From Promethearchaeota archaeon (GTDB lineage: Archaea; Asgardarchaeota; Lokiarchaeia; Sigyniarchaeales; SOKP01): a stretch of 64,000 bases of DNA. The stretch lies in contig RDOA01000003.1 of assembly GCA_011364925.1 (NCBI GenBank), forward strand, positions 80,068 to 144,067. Reading direction: 5' to 3'. Numbering within the stretch: the first letter of the stretch is position 1; the number at the start of each line of letters is the position of its first letter. Shown here one piece after another: positions 48,374 to 59,290 of this stretch. A program made the position numbers and the translations under genes. The notes under the pieces were generated by a model, which had not been told where the DNA came from, searched no databases, and saw nothing but the letters and a program-made list of their open reading frames with translations.

Positions 48374-50422
48374 ATGACGAAGAATGAAAAAAATAAATGG
48401 GTAATTACTTCAGCATGGCCCTATGTCAACGCTATACCACATTTAGGCAATATGATAGGAAGTGTGTTATCTTCTGATGTATTTGCTAGGTTTTGTAGAC
48501 TAATTGGAGACGAAGTTGTTTTTGTTTCCGGCTCTGACTCTCATGGAACTCCGGTGGCTGTAGCTGCAAAGCAACAAAATGTACCTGTAAAAGATTTAGC
48601 GTTCAAAAATCACGTTATTATTAAAGAATTATTTGAAAAATGGCAAATTTCTTACGATAACTATACTATTACACATACTCCAACTCATATCGATTTTGTG
48701 CAGAAATTCTATTTAGATGTTCAGAAAAACGGTTATATATTTGAAAAAGAGATCGAATCGTTATATTGTGAACCAGATAATCTTTATTTACCCGATAGAT
48801 TCGTAGAAGGAACATGTCCTCACTGTGGTGATGAGGGAGCAAGGGGGGATCAATGTGACACGTGTCAAAGACTTCTTACTCCCTTAGAATTGATTAATCC
48901 ACGTTGTGCGATTTGTGGTACTACTCCTTCGATAAAGAATACGAAGCATTGGTATCTGGATTTACCAAAACTCCAAAATCAATTAAAAGTTCTAATTGAA
49001 AAAAATGAGATCATTCCTTCTAATGCTAAACAAATGCTGCTAAATAGTATTGCTGAAGGATTACCTGCGAGAGCAATTACTCGAGATTTGGAATGGGGAA
49101 TACCAGCCAAATTTAAAGGAGCAGAGGGAAAAACAATTTATGTATGGTTCGAAGCAGTACTCGGATATATTTCTGCTTGTCAGGAGTGGGCCGAAAAGAT
49201 TATAAACAACCCAAAAAAATTTGATTATTTTTGGAAAGATCAAAAAACTAAGACAGTTTTCTTTATAGGAAAAGATAACATTATATTTCATTTAATCGTG
49301 TTTCCTGGGTTACTGTTAGGCTATAATGCAGATAAAATTGAAGGAGACAAATTTGTTCTCCCTTATAATGTATCATCGACAGAATGGTTAATGTATGAAA
49401 ATCAAAAATTCTCAAAATCAAGGGGAATCGGAATCTGGATCGACGAAGCGTTAAAGATAGCACCTTTAGATTATTGGCGATTTACTTTAGTATATAATCG
49501 ACCAGAAACTAGCGATACTAGTTTTTTATGGTCAGAATTTGAGAATAACATTAAAACATTAAACGATAACATTGGAAATTTTATTCACAGAACATTAACT
49601 TTTATCGACAAGCAATTTAAAGGAATCGTTCCTAAAAAACTAGAGTACGATGAGACAGATAAAAAGTTCGTTGATCTTATAAATAATATCGGCTTTGAAA
49701 TTGGAGAAAGTATAAGAAATTTTAAGTTAAGAAAAGCTATAAGAGACATCGTTAATTTTGGAAAGGAAGGGAACGTTTATCTTAATAGTAAAGCTCCCTG
49801 GCATTTGATTAAAAAGGATAAGAGTGCTGCTGGTCACGTATTCAATATTTGTACTCAAGCAGTTTACGCGTTTGGAGTACTCTTAAGTCCATTTATTCCG
49901 GGAACTGCTGAAAAAATATTGTCGTATTTGAATCATCCTAATTTGAGCGAATTAAGATGGGATTCAATTAACGAAAATTCTGTAAAAGAGGGTCAAAAAA
50001 TAAAACACCCAGAACCCCTTTTTCAAAAACTTGATATTAATGAGATAAAAATTAAACTTCAAAAAATAAGGGAAGGAACGGAACATATTGGTGGTAAAGA
50101 ATTGGTTTCTTACGAGGATTTTAAAAAGTTAGACATAAGAGTTGCTCTTATTGAGAACGTAGAAAAGGTACCTAAAGCAGATAAGTTGTATAAACTATCT
50201 ATTGATCTTGGAGATGAGAAGCGGATATTAGTCGCAGGGTTAGCCGAACATTATAAAGAAGAAGATTTAAAAGGTAAAAAGATCGTAATCCTCGCTAATC
50301 TGGAACCAAGGAAATTGAGAGGGATTCTAAGCCAAGGGATGCTGCTAGCAGCAGTTGAAGGCGATACTGTATCGGTATTAACACCTGAGAAAGATATTCC
50401 ATCAGGAGCAAAAGTAGAATAG
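48374..50422 (+). CDS. metG: Methionine--tRNA ligase
   Basis: AWPYVN..PHLGN, Zn knuckles, KFSKS, C-terminal tRNA-binding OB domain. Confidence 0.97.
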   Translation: MTKNEKNKWVITSAWPYVNAIPHLGNMIGSVLSSDVFARFCRLIGDEVVFVSGSDSHGTPVAVAAKQQNVPVKDLAFKNHVIIKELFEKWQISYDNYTITHTPTHIDFVQKFYLDVQKNGYIFEKEIESLYCEPDNLYLPDRFVEGTCPHCGDEGARGDQCDTCQRLLTPLELINPRCAICGTTPSIKNTKHWYLDLPKLQNQLKVLIEKNEIIPSNAKQMLLNSIAEGLPARAITRDLEWGIPAKFKGAEGKTIYVWFEAVLGYISACQEWAEKIINNPKKFDYFWKDQKTKTVFFIGKDNIIFHLIVFPGLLLGYNADKIEGDKFVLPYNVSSTEWLMYENQKFSKSRGIGIWIDEALKIAPLDYWRFTLVYNRPETSDTSFLWSEFENNIKTLNDNIGNFIHRTLTFIDKQFKGIVPKKLEYDETDKKFVDLINNIGFEIGESIRNFKLRKAIRDIVNFGKEGNVYLNSKAPWHLIKKDKSAAGHVFNICTQAVYAFGVLLSPFIPGTAEKILSYLNHPNLSELRWDSINENSVKEGQKIKHPEPLFQKLDINEIKIKLQKIREGTEHIGGKELVSYEDFKKLDIRVALIENVEKVPKADKLYKLSIDLGDEKRILVAGLAEHYKEEDLKGKKIVILANLEPRKLRGILSQGMLLAAVEGDTVSVLTPEKDIPSGAKVE

Positions 50423-50423
50423 A

Positions 50424-51656
50424 TTATAATTTAAGGGAAAATATTGGATTCAATCGAGCGATAATCTCACCAAGGTCCAATTGAAGCGTTTTGAGGATCA
50501 CATCTCTTCCTCTGTACTCGAATTGCAATTCTTTGACATTCCGGACGATTTTTAATTTATTCCTGTCTTTCATTAATTCACAAGCGAAGTATCTTTGATC
50601 TTTGTATTCTAGTACTTTTTGCACTTGACTAATGTCCGGTAACCTATATCCCCCTCCATGAGGCAACAAATTAGCGTTTAATAATAGGTCTAACATTTCA
50701 AGTCGGTTGGCTCTTTCCAAAAAGTCGTTATTTTTGAGCGTTGTTTCTGAAAAATTATTTTTCCCTCTAAACAAGTAACTTGATAGATCCGCTCGGAGTG
50801 TTGTCGGAAAAATATTAGATGAATCACTTTCAGTACAGTTGCTCCCTATATACATGTTGTTGTAATCCTTTAGGAATTGGTGCGCTGAATTACAAATAAC
50901 TGTAAATTTGGAGCTGAATAAATTCATAGCAACTATTTCTCTTTTTACATTTGAAAAGATTAATGCTTTTTTATTGAACTCGAGATATTCTTTTGCGTCT
51001 GAATCTAACAAAACAAACTGGGTTCCAAATTCAGTCGTCTCTTTAATTGCTCGGCTCATTAGAGATTTGGAACCATCGATATATAGTCCTATACCATACT
51101 TATCGTCGCGAAATTCTGGAGCAGAACCATGGATCATGAACATATACGGAGGAAAATCCAGATTAGAAAGATTTTTCGTTTCGTAACAGTTGATAAAGTG
51201 ATTAGAAATTCCATAATCCCAATTTATCAATATATCTCCACTATATAGTTCTGTACTCTTTACACTGTCTATTTTTTTAATGATCTCGTAGGGATCTGGT
51301 AGTTCTTCTAACCCGCCCACTAAAATACCGCAGCAATTTGGTTTAATATTTAAGAAAACTAATTTATCTTTCCCAGAACCCCAATTTAATCTCCCACCAT
51401 AACCAAGACCAGAGTTCCATCGAAAATTATTTTTTGAAATCGTTTCATCTGGGGATGAGATGAAGGTAGCTTTTGGTTCAAATCCATATTTCTCTTGAAT
51501 CAAGTGGAATTGCGCCAAACCGTATTTCATGTTCGCTCTGCATAATTTAGAAGCTCCATCGTTTAATCCCGTTGAGAAAATGAAATCATTTGCTCTTTGA
51601 AGTAAATCTGTCTTAGATAGTTCAGATACTTTATTGGATAACTCAAATGAACCCAT
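50424..51656 (-). CDS. Hypothetical protein, divergent RtcB-fold candidate
   Basis: Ordered motifs SPD, NCCG, SNHFI, MIHGS, SAHQ, PHGGG. Confidence 0.65.
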   Translation of the reverse strand: MGSFELSNKVSELSKTDLLQRANDFIFSTGLNDGASKLCRANMKYGLAQFHLIQEKYGFEPKATFISSPDETISKNNFRWNSGLGYGGRLNWGSGKDKLVFLNIKPNCCGILVGGLEELPDPYEIIKKIDSVKSTELYSGDILINWDYGISNHFINCYETKNLSNLDFPPYMFMIHGSAPEFRDDKYGIGLYIDGSKSLMSRAIKETTEFGTQFVLLDSDAKEYLEFNKKALIFSNVKREIVAMNLFSSKFTVICNSAHQFLKDYNNMYIGSNCTESDSSNIFPTTLRADLSSYLFRGKNNFSETTLKNNDFLERANRLEMLDLLLNANLLPHGGGYRLPDISQVQKVLEYKDQRYFACELMKDRNKLKIVRNVKELQFEYRGRDVILKTLQLDLGEIIARLNPIFSLKL

Positions 51657-51743
51657 TCTACTTAATAATTAGATATTATTATATTTATATATACGATAGT
51701 ATGTTTGTAAGTTAGGAAAAAGTAATCTCAATTTAGCATAATT

Positions 51744-52382
51744 ATGAGCGATCCAGACAACACAATTTTATTCGACTCGGTGAAAGGAATACAATTAGAG
51801 GGAGAGTTTGAAGGGTCCATAATTACCCGATGCAAAGACGATAACAATTCTATTATTTTTTCGGACAATCTTAAAATCTCTAACTCAGAAGGTATTTTTA
51901 TCGTCAACGGATTCAGAGTCGGCTTTGAATTAGATTATAATAAAAAGTCTGCTTTTTCTCGAAAAATTGAAGCGCAATGGTACGAGGATTTTGAATCCAT
52001 TGAATATTCAATACTCATTTCAGAAGATATAATGCAAATCTATGGAGAAGGCCAGTTTTCAGATGCTTACCCATATACTTTAAACAAGCTTAATACAGCT
52101 ACCCTTTATTTTGATGATTATGGACATAAAATTAACCATTTGGACTTCTTCAAGGGAGAAATGCTTAAGAATCCCATAGCTCTTGTGGGAAATGGCGTTA
52201 TAGTTGCAGACAGAGTTGTTATAGATGAAAGAATCGATCCTGTATTTTACGATTGTTTAATCGTTGGACGAGATGAAAATGAAAATCTTTCGGTGTCATT
52301 TGAACCATATATGAATGTGAAAAAATCTTTAACACATGTTAAATACATCATTATCTTAGGAATAGAAGAATTGAAACTTTAG
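51744..52382 (+). CDS. Acidic hypothetical protein
   Basis: 212-aa ORF with normal composition; no recognised motif. Confidence 0.7.
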   Translation: MSDPDNTILFDSVKGIQLEGEFEGSIITRCKDDNNSIIFSDNLKISNSEGIFIVNGFRVGFELDYNKKSAFSRKIEAQWYEDFESIEYSILISEDIMQIYGEGQFSDAYPYTLNKLNTATLYFDDYGHKINHLDFFKGEMLKNPIALVGNGVIVADRVVIDERIDPVFYDCLIVGRDENENLSVSFEPYMNVKKSLTHVKYIIILGIEELKL

Positions 52383-52508
52383 GTAACTCAGCAACTTATA
52401 TATTCTTGGAATTCTTGCAACTTTATCATCAATTTTATATTGATTAACTTGTAATTAAAGTATAATAGAGCGTAGTTAATTAAGATTTGATTATAAAGAT
52501 CTAAAAAG

Positions 52509-53744
52509 ATGATACTATACGAAAATAATAGCGCTAGATTGCTTAATATAATAAAGTGGGGAAATAATCCTTTCAAAAAGTTTGTAAGTACCAGTGAAAT
52601 TAAAGAAGAATTAGATTTTGTAAAATCACGGGAGGGTCTCATTAATAGAATTAAGACAATCGTGAAAGAAGACCGCAATTTTATCCTTCCCGTTATCGGG
52701 GAAGTAGGTTCAGGAAAGACTCATCTCTATTGGGCTCTAAAAAATAGTCTTTATTATTATAATACGTTCTATATCTCTCTAGAATCCGTATACAAAAAGT
52801 TTTTTTATAATATTTACTCTGAATTCATAGAAAAACTTGAAATAGCGCCCTTGAAATTCGTAGTGAACCAATTATGCGAAAATTGGGGTGCTTTAGAGAG
52901 GAAGTATGGATTTTTTCAAGTAGTTGACATTGAAAAAATTAAAAAGACGGCAATCAATCAGTTATCTGCTAAATACAGCGAAATCGAACCAGAAATTCTA
53001 AAGGACGCAATCACGGGGATTACAACCCATCAATTAGACCCATATAAAAAAATTGAGGCTGAAAGATGGTTATTAGGCAAATTATTGGACGCAAAAGAAT
53101 TGTCCATTCTAAATATTACTCACGATCTTCATAAGGGTAAAAATGCTTACGTTCTTTTAAGGCTCTTTATTGAAAATTCCAAGCTAGGAACGATTCTTTT
53201 TATCGACGATTTTGAAAAAATTGTTGGAATCTCGAATCCACAAGATGATTTAGTCGAAGAAGTGTTCGATCCTAGTTGGCTCTACGGAGCTGAAAGGTCT
53301 CCTAACGATATCGCTTCTGAAAAGATTTTTTCAAAAATAACCCAACTACAAAATATTGATGGATTACGCGTAATTATTACTTTAAAATCAATAGACTCAC
53401 TAGAACAAATCAAAAAAAAATATCAAGATATTGATTCCGAATTGTTACCACCAATAAAAGAACCCATTTTTCTTGAAAATTTTAGCGAAGAGGATATCTT
53501 CGAGTTATATAAGAGTACGATGAGGAATTTCTTCAACAATATTGAATGTAATGAATTTACAAAAGAGTTCGAGAACAACTACTTTCCATTAAATTCAACG
53601 ATATTGAAAAATGTCTTTAGACAGGCTCACGGAAATCCTAGGGTCATTATAAAGACATTAATTAGGATTTTCAACGAGATCATTGAAGATGAGGAAGATC
53701 TTGAGACAATTTTAAAAAATTATGAAAATTTAACAACCAATTAA
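52509..53744 (+). CDS. P-loop AAA+ ATPase (DUF2791/BrxD-like fold)
   Basis: Walker A GEVGSGKT, Walker B FIDDFE, lid motif GNPR. Confidence 0.82.
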   Translation: MILYENNSARLLNIIKWGNNPFKKFVSTSEIKEELDFVKSREGLINRIKTIVKEDRNFILPVIGEVGSGKTHLYWALKNSLYYYNTFYISLESVYKKFFYNIYSEFIEKLEIAPLKFVVNQLCENWGALERKYGFFQVVDIEKIKKTAINQLSAKYSEIEPEILKDAITGITTHQLDPYKKIEAERWLLGKLLDAKELSILNITHDLHKGKNAYVLLRLFIENSKLGTILFIDDFEKIVGISNPQDDLVEEVFDPSWLYGAERSPNDIASEKIFSKITQLQNIDGLRVIITLKSIDSLEQIKKKYQDIDSELLPPIKEPIFLENFSEEDIFELYKSTMRNFFNNIECNEFTKEFENNYFPLNSTILKNVFRQAHGNPRVIIKTLIRIFNEIIEDEEDLETILKNYENLTTN

Positions 53745-53764
53745 TACTTTAGATATAAATAGCC

Positions 53765-55174
53765 TTAAGAATCCTTTGTTTCTGTAGAATCATCTAAATC
53801 CAATGGGACATTAGAAATGTCTAAGTCTTTTCTTTCTTGTTCACCAGAATTTTCTCCTTGTTCACCAATTAACTTTTTACTTCTTAGGTAATTTTGGAAT
53901 TCCCAGTCGCTAATTTTGTTGGATTCAAGTGCGCCGCTATTAATAAGGTAATTTTTAAAATCAGAAACGATGTGAATGACTTCTTCTTGTTTAAATAGCT
54001 TTTTCACGATTAAACCTTTCTTCTCTAAAATATACTGCGAATAGATCCAGTAGAAAACGATGGTAATCAACAAGACCATGAAATTATTCGTTAGATTTAC
54101 TTGGCTGCGACTTGTGTACGTTCCCGAAATTGAGCCAGCTCCCGTTATCATAACTATCTGACCTTCAATATAGATTAATGTAAATGCAAATAAGAAAAAG
54201 GCTAAATTATTAGAATTAAATATTTTAAATCTAAATGTTCTATTACCTAAACCTCTGATGACCAGAATTGCAGTAAAGATCATTAATAACACATCAATAA
54301 CTGCCCGAAAAGCATCAATACCAACAGCCTGAGTAACGCTTCTAAAAGAATTTATAAAACTAAAGGATCGATACCAAATAATAATCCAAACTAAGATATA
54401 AAAAATTGAGGAAAAGACATTGTACGTATCGTTTTTCATACTTTTTATGTAAAGAAAAATTAGTCGATAAGAAATCAAAAATATAATAATGTACATAGCG
54501 ATGTTCCAACCATTAAACCACCAAAGAGATTCTAAAGAATAATCTGGAGGTTGAGGTTCAAAAAATGAAATGAACGAAAAATAGGTTCCTAACTGAGCTA
54601 AAACTGGGACTAGAACCGCGAGAATTAAAAAAACCATGCTAAAAATCTTAATTCTATTTGATCCTCTATGCGACAAAACCTTATTATCTAGACTTTCGGA
54701 AATATTTACGAAACTAGTCCTTAAAAAGAATATTTGCGCCATATTCCACCCAAAGTATAAAACGATAAAAAATCCTGGGAGGATATAATCCCATCCTAAA
54801 AATTGAATAGGAATTTGTGTAGAACTACCGAATAGAAAATATAAAAGAACGATAAGAGCACTTATACCTAACGAACCAACAAAAATCAACACTTTGTGTT
54901 GATCTAAGCTTTTAGTAAAAAGGAATCGATCAAATTTAGAATTGATGCCGAGAAACATTAGTACGATAAAGGATAGAGAGAAAGTAGTCGCTAAATACAA
55001 ACCAACATTGCCTAAACTTGTAGCACCTAAAAAGAAAAATAGAATCAAGGCCAGTACCTCAATGAAAAAGAAAATTGTATACGCTATATGACTCGGATTA
55101 AATATCTTGTGGAAATATTTATCCAGTTTAGCTCCTATTTTGGAACGTGCTATTGACTCAGACATAAAACTCAC
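53765..55174 (-). CDS. Multi-pass membrane hypothetical protein
   Basis: About 10 hydrophobic helices. Confidence 0.75.
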   Translation of the reverse strand: MSFMSESIARSKIGAKLDKYFHKIFNPSHIAYTIFFFIEVLALILFFFLGATSLGNVGLYLATTFSLSFIVLMFLGINSKFDRFLFTKSLDQHKVLIFVGSLGISALIVLLYFLFGSSTQIPIQFLGWDYILPGFFIVLYFGWNMAQIFFLRTSFVNISESLDNKVLSHRGSNRIKIFSMVFLILAVLVPVLAQLGTYFSFISFFEPQPPDYSLESLWWFNGWNIAMYIIIFLISYRLIFLYIKSMKNDTYNVFSSIFYILVWIIIWYRSFSFINSFRSVTQAVGIDAFRAVIDVLLMIFTAILVIRGLGNRTFRFKIFNSNNLAFFLFAFTLIYIEGQIVMITGAGSISGTYTSRSQVNLTNNFMVLLITIVFYWIYSQYILEKKGLIVKKLFKQEEVIHIVSDFKNYLINSGALESNKISDWEFQNYLRSKKLIGEQGENSGEQERKDLDISNVPLDLDDSTETKDS

Positions 55175-55349
55175 AGATCAAATATCACTAATATAATCTT
55201 GAATCTTCTAAATTAACTAATTAATGATATAAAATACTTATTCTTAAGCTTTAATGTTAACATAAAAAAGGGGACATAAATTTAAATAAGAAGTTCGTTC
55301 TTAAAGTCTTAGTAAATCCAAAATAATTTAATTAAAAGAAGTGTAAAAA

Positions 55350-57137
55350 TTGAGAAAATATAAGCAATTCATTACTGTTTTATTTACATTAGTTCTCTCT
55401 ATCACTGCAATAAACATCGGATTCTATTTATCTAATTTGAATTCAATAACTCCTATAACACAATTTGATGATTTTAACAGTCCAAAGACTTCAATGGTGC
55501 ATCATATTACAATTTTCATCGATGATACAAATCCTGCTCAAAACTGGGCAGCTGTAAAAGCAGCAGGAAATTGCACTGGTTCAGGGACATCGGGTGATCC
55601 ATATATTATAAGCAATGATGTATTTAACACAACTATCGGCAGTATTTGTTTGGATATTCGTAATTCTAGAAAGTATTTTCGAGTTCTTGACTGTGAATTT
55701 ATAATATCTGGGATTGCAGCAGGAATTTACCTTAATAATGTTACCAATGGTTTAATTCGAGGTAATCAATTGCCGAGAAACGTTTTCTATGGTATCTTTG
55801 TTGACAATTGTAGCCAAATAACACTCAGGGACAACAATTGTTCAACATGTCTTGCTGGTATTATTGTCGCGAATTCTAGAGACAGCACTCTAGATTCCAA
55901 CACGGTTAACAATAATGCTGGTCAAGGGATAAATCTAGACAATTGCAAAGATGTCGTAATTGAGAATAACGATGTTATAGAAAACTCAAATGAAGGAATA
56001 TACTATAGTGATTGTGTGTCTTTAACAATTAGAGATAATATCATAATAAATAATACTATTGGGATTAATACTTACATCTCAAACGATTCGCGAATATTAA
56101 CTAATACCCTTTCAGGAAACACTAACCATGGTATTCGAATTTTCCTAAGTCATAGGTGTGAAATTAAAGGTAATAATATCTTATTGAGTGTTAATGATGG
56201 TATCCGAGTTGAACAAAGTACTCATAATTTAATTGATTCCAATAAAGCAAACGAAAACTCGTATGGAATTCACTTAATGACAACCTCAAATTTTAATACT
56301 GTTTCAAAAAATACGGCTAACGATAACCTATTGGTTGGGATATACTTAAATGGTGTTTATTATAATAGTGTAGTTCATAATACTGGAAATTATAACTCAG
56401 CCGAAGGCTTTTGGACTAATAATGCTGATCATAATATAATATCAGATAACATCGCTTACCATAACGGGGGTTTTGGTTTCCGCTTCAATGCTGGTGTTAA
56501 TATAACTATTAACGATAACGAGGCAAGTGAAAATAGTGATGCTGGGATTCGATTATATAATATAGACGATTCAATAATTACGAATAATTACGCACATCAT
56601 AATGGATGGGACGGGTTTCGATTACGATCAGGAAGCGAACGGAATGTTGTTCAAGGGAATACTGCCATGTTTAATAATTTAAGTGGATTCTACATCTTTG
56701 AAAGTAGTAATCCATCTGTAATTGTCCAAAATGTTGCATCTAAAAACGAAGAGCACGGTATTTTTCTCGAAACTATAACAAATTCCCTCATCATGGGTAA
56801 TATTGCCGAGGACAATAATTTGAACGGAATTTACTTAAACACATGTGATGGAAATTCGATAATTGGAAATACTGCCACTGGGAATATAAACGGTACTAAT
56901 CTAATGTGGAGCACTAATAATATCATCTCTGGAAATCATTTGTATGGCAATGTTTATTGTATGAACGAATCTTTTAGTTCTGGAAACTTGTACTCAGATA
57001 ATCTTTGTACAGCACCTCCAAGTATAGCGGCACCCTTTGATCCCTTTATTCTGGGATTAATTATCGGTCTCGTAATAGGATTTGGAGCTTTAGCCGCTGT
57101 TTTAATTATTAATCTTATGAGAGGTAGGAAAAAGTAA
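55350..57137 (+). CDS. NosD/CASH parallel beta-helix surface protein, C-terminal TM
   Basis: CTGSGTSGDPYII, about 18 beta-helix repeats, PFDP-TM-RGRKK. Confidence 0.9.
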   Translation: MRKYKQFITVLFTLVLSITAINIGFYLSNLNSITPITQFDDFNSPKTSMVHHITIFIDDTNPAQNWAAVKAAGNCTGSGTSGDPYIISNDVFNTTIGSICLDIRNSRKYFRVLDCEFIISGIAAGIYLNNVTNGLIRGNQLPRNVFYGIFVDNCSQITLRDNNCSTCLAGIIVANSRDSTLDSNTVNNNAGQGINLDNCKDVVIENNDVIENSNEGIYYSDCVSLTIRDNIIINNTIGINTYISNDSRILTNTLSGNTNHGIRIFLSHRCEIKGNNILLSVNDGIRVEQSTHNLIDSNKANENSYGIHLMTTSNFNTVSKNTANDNLLVGIYLNGVYYNSVVHNTGNYNSAEGFWTNNADHNIISDNIAYHNGGFGFRFNAGVNITINDNEASENSDAGIRLYNIDDSIITNNYAHHNGWDGFRLRSGSERNVVQGNTAMFNNLSGFYIFESSNPSVIVQNVASKNEEHGIFLETITNSLIMGNIAEDNNLNGIYLNTCDGNSIIGNTATGNINGTNLMWSTNNIISGNHLYGNVYCMNESFSSGNLYSDNLCTAPPSIAAPFDPFILGLIIGLVIGFGALAAVLIINLMRGRKK

Positions 57138-57152
57138 TTAAACCTTAATCTC

Positions 57153-57902
57153 CTATTTTTTTTTTCCAGTTACACCTATATATATAACAGTTTCAGTTTT
57201 TCCATCAATTTCAAGGAATTGATTTAACTCATCGTCGTATATCGCACCAATGGTGCAAGCTCCTAAACCAAGCGCCTCCGCAATTAAATAAAAATTCTGT
57301 CCAATGTGACCTGCGTCTAAATAAATGTATCTATAGCATCTTTGGAGATATTTCCATTGAGAGCGCCCAATCATTGCGGTCCACAGGAAATTTATGGCAG
57401 ATGTAAACGCAATGTTTTGATCGAGACACCCTTCAGCTACTTTTCTTCTAAAATCTCCTTCCTTTAATACATTTAGAGAATGATTTTGGATATCGTAATG
57501 ATATAATCCCTTTTCTAATCCAGTTACGTTATTAATTACAGGGTAAGTTTCGGTAGGGTATAAACCTCCTGCTGAAGGAACTGTTCTAAAAGCAAATTGT
57601 GGAAAAATTCTGTTTATTCCCGACATACCATACAAAAGTAAACTAAGTTCCATGAAAGACAATGGTTCTGGAGTGAATTTTCTGCTTGAATGCCTATTTT
57701 TAATCACATTCCAAAATTCAATTGACGGGTTAAACTTAGGTTCTGGTAGTTTTATTTTTTTAATGGTATCTGAGTATACTTTATAGGTTTTAGGTTTTTT
57801 TGCCCAATTCAAAATGTGTCTGGGTAATTTATCTCTTACATATTTTGACTTTTGTTGAAAATTATCTCCATAATTCTCTAAATTGTCAGCCATAAATAAC
57901 AT
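57153..57902 (-). CDS. SagB/ThcOx-type nitroreductase family
   Basis: RHSSRKF, RTVPSAGGLYP, GLYHY, LDAGHIGQN. Confidence 0.9.
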   Translation of the reverse strand: MLFMADNLENYGDNFQQKSKYVRDKLPRHILNWAKKPKTYKVYSDTIKKIKLPEPKFNPSIEFWNVIKNRHSSRKFTPEPLSFMELSLLLYGMSGINRIFPQFAFRTVPSAGGLYPTETYPVINNVTGLEKGLYHYDIQNHSLNVLKEGDFRRKVAEGCLDQNIAFTSAINFLWTAMIGRSQWKYLQRCYRYIYLDAGHIGQNFYLIAEALGLGACTIGAIYDDELNQFLEIDGKTETVIYIGVTGKKK

Positions 57903-57963
57903 GATTTATTTTAGCTTAAAAATGTTGGAGTAATGTTTTAAAAGTTATTTAAAGTATTTCCCT

Positions 57964-59145
57964 CTACTCTTGTTTTGCTATTTCTTCTCCCTTTTTCCAT
58001 TTTGTTATTAAGGTTGCAAATAATATCGGAATTAGAAACGCAAAAATCATACTCGAAGCAATGATAACTGAGTACAAATCAGCAGTTATTAAATTATTCG
58101 CAAAAAATATTGCAATTATAACAATACTCGTGCTAAACTTTACCGATAATCCAATCCCTAGTAAAATTGAATCCTTTTTCCCAAGTCTTTTTTTTCCACT
58201 CAAATAACTCGCTAAAATTTTTGCTGCCATGCTTACCAATACAATTAAAATTATCAATAATGGAGCCATAACAAGAGATCCGATATCCATTGACACGCCT
58301 ACCATTAGAAAAAAAATGGGAGCAAAAAAACCGTAACATATTGTTTTAACTTCTGATTCTATAACTTTTAATCTTTCTGTTGGTAAAAACGTTCGTAAAC
58401 CAATCCCTGCGAACAGCGCAGCAAGTGCAGCGGCTTCAGCCAATACACCTATTCCAATAAATAAAAATAAAATAAAAACGACAAAAACAAAGAGTGCTTC
58501 GACGCCCGTGTGTTTAAATCTTTTACGTTTTTTTTTAAGCTTAATTAATCCAATCATTAGTAAAAATAAGACAAAAAGAGCAATTATTATTACCCATATG
58601 TTAAAATCTACTTGAGGAGCGTTCGATCCTACTAATATAATGACGAAAACTAAAGAAAGAATTTCAATTACATCATCTAAACTACCTACTCCAATAATGG
58701 TTTGTCCTAATGGTTTGTTAGTCAAATTGAATTCATCCAAAATAGGTATTAAAATTTCTTCTCCTACTGTTGCGAAAGATAAACTAACAATAATAGAGAT
58801 TATTAAGTCTACTTTGAAAAGAAAATAAATAAGCAGAGTTCCAAATACTGTGGCAAATAATATCGTTAAGATTGTTGATTTAATAATAAATTTACCCATT
58901 TTTTTCATTTCTTTTAGATCAATTTCAAACCCAATAATGAAAAGTAAAAAGTACATTCCCAATTGGCTAAAAAAGTCAAATATTGAGGAAGAAGTAATTG
59001 AAGAGAAAGGGTTATAAATCGCAAGAATAAACCCTATAATCAGTGCAGAAAAAATCCATGGAATGTGAATCTTTTCTATTAACATTCCAATGAGGTATGT
59101 TAATAAGAATATAGCACTCAGAAATAAAAAAATATTAAGTTCCAT
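57964..59145 (-). CDS. Cation:proton antiporter (CPA2/Kef-type)
   Basis: LFIIGFEID, LDDV, FAPIFF; about 12 TM. Confidence 0.9.
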   Translation of the reverse strand: MELNIFLFLSAIFLLTYLIGMLIEKIHIPWIFSALIIGFILAIYNPFSSITSSSIFDFFSQLGMYFLLFIIGFEIDLKEMKKMGKFIIKSTILTILFATVFGTLLIYFLFKVDLIISIIVSLSFATVGEEILIPILDEFNLTNKPLGQTIIGVGSLDDVIEILSLVFVIILVGSNAPQVDFNIWVIIIALFVLFLLMIGLIKLKKKRKRFKHTGVEALFVFVVFILFLFIGIGVLAEAAALAALFAGIGLRTFLPTERLKVIESEVKTICYGFFAPIFFLMVGVSMDIGSLVMAPLLIILIVLVSMAAKILASYLSGKKRLGKKDSILLGIGLSVKFSTSIVIIAIFFANNLITADLYSVIIASSMIFAFLIPILFATLITKWKKGEEIAKQE

Positions 59146-59290
59146 AATAACAATTAATTAAAATTAGGTATATAAGGATGATGAACCAACCTAAATTCTC
59201 GATATACACCAAATTATTCATTAAAAAATACTAAAAATACACTAGAACATCAATAAATTCAAAAAAGCTCATTAGCTTTCAAACAAGAAG

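Noticed and set aside
52509-53744. BREX defence system
   Set aside because: Only a lone ATPase; no pglX, pglZ or brxC.
57153-57902. RiPP (azole) biosynthetic cluster
   Set aside because: Stand-alone SagB-like gene with no YcaO or precursor peptide.
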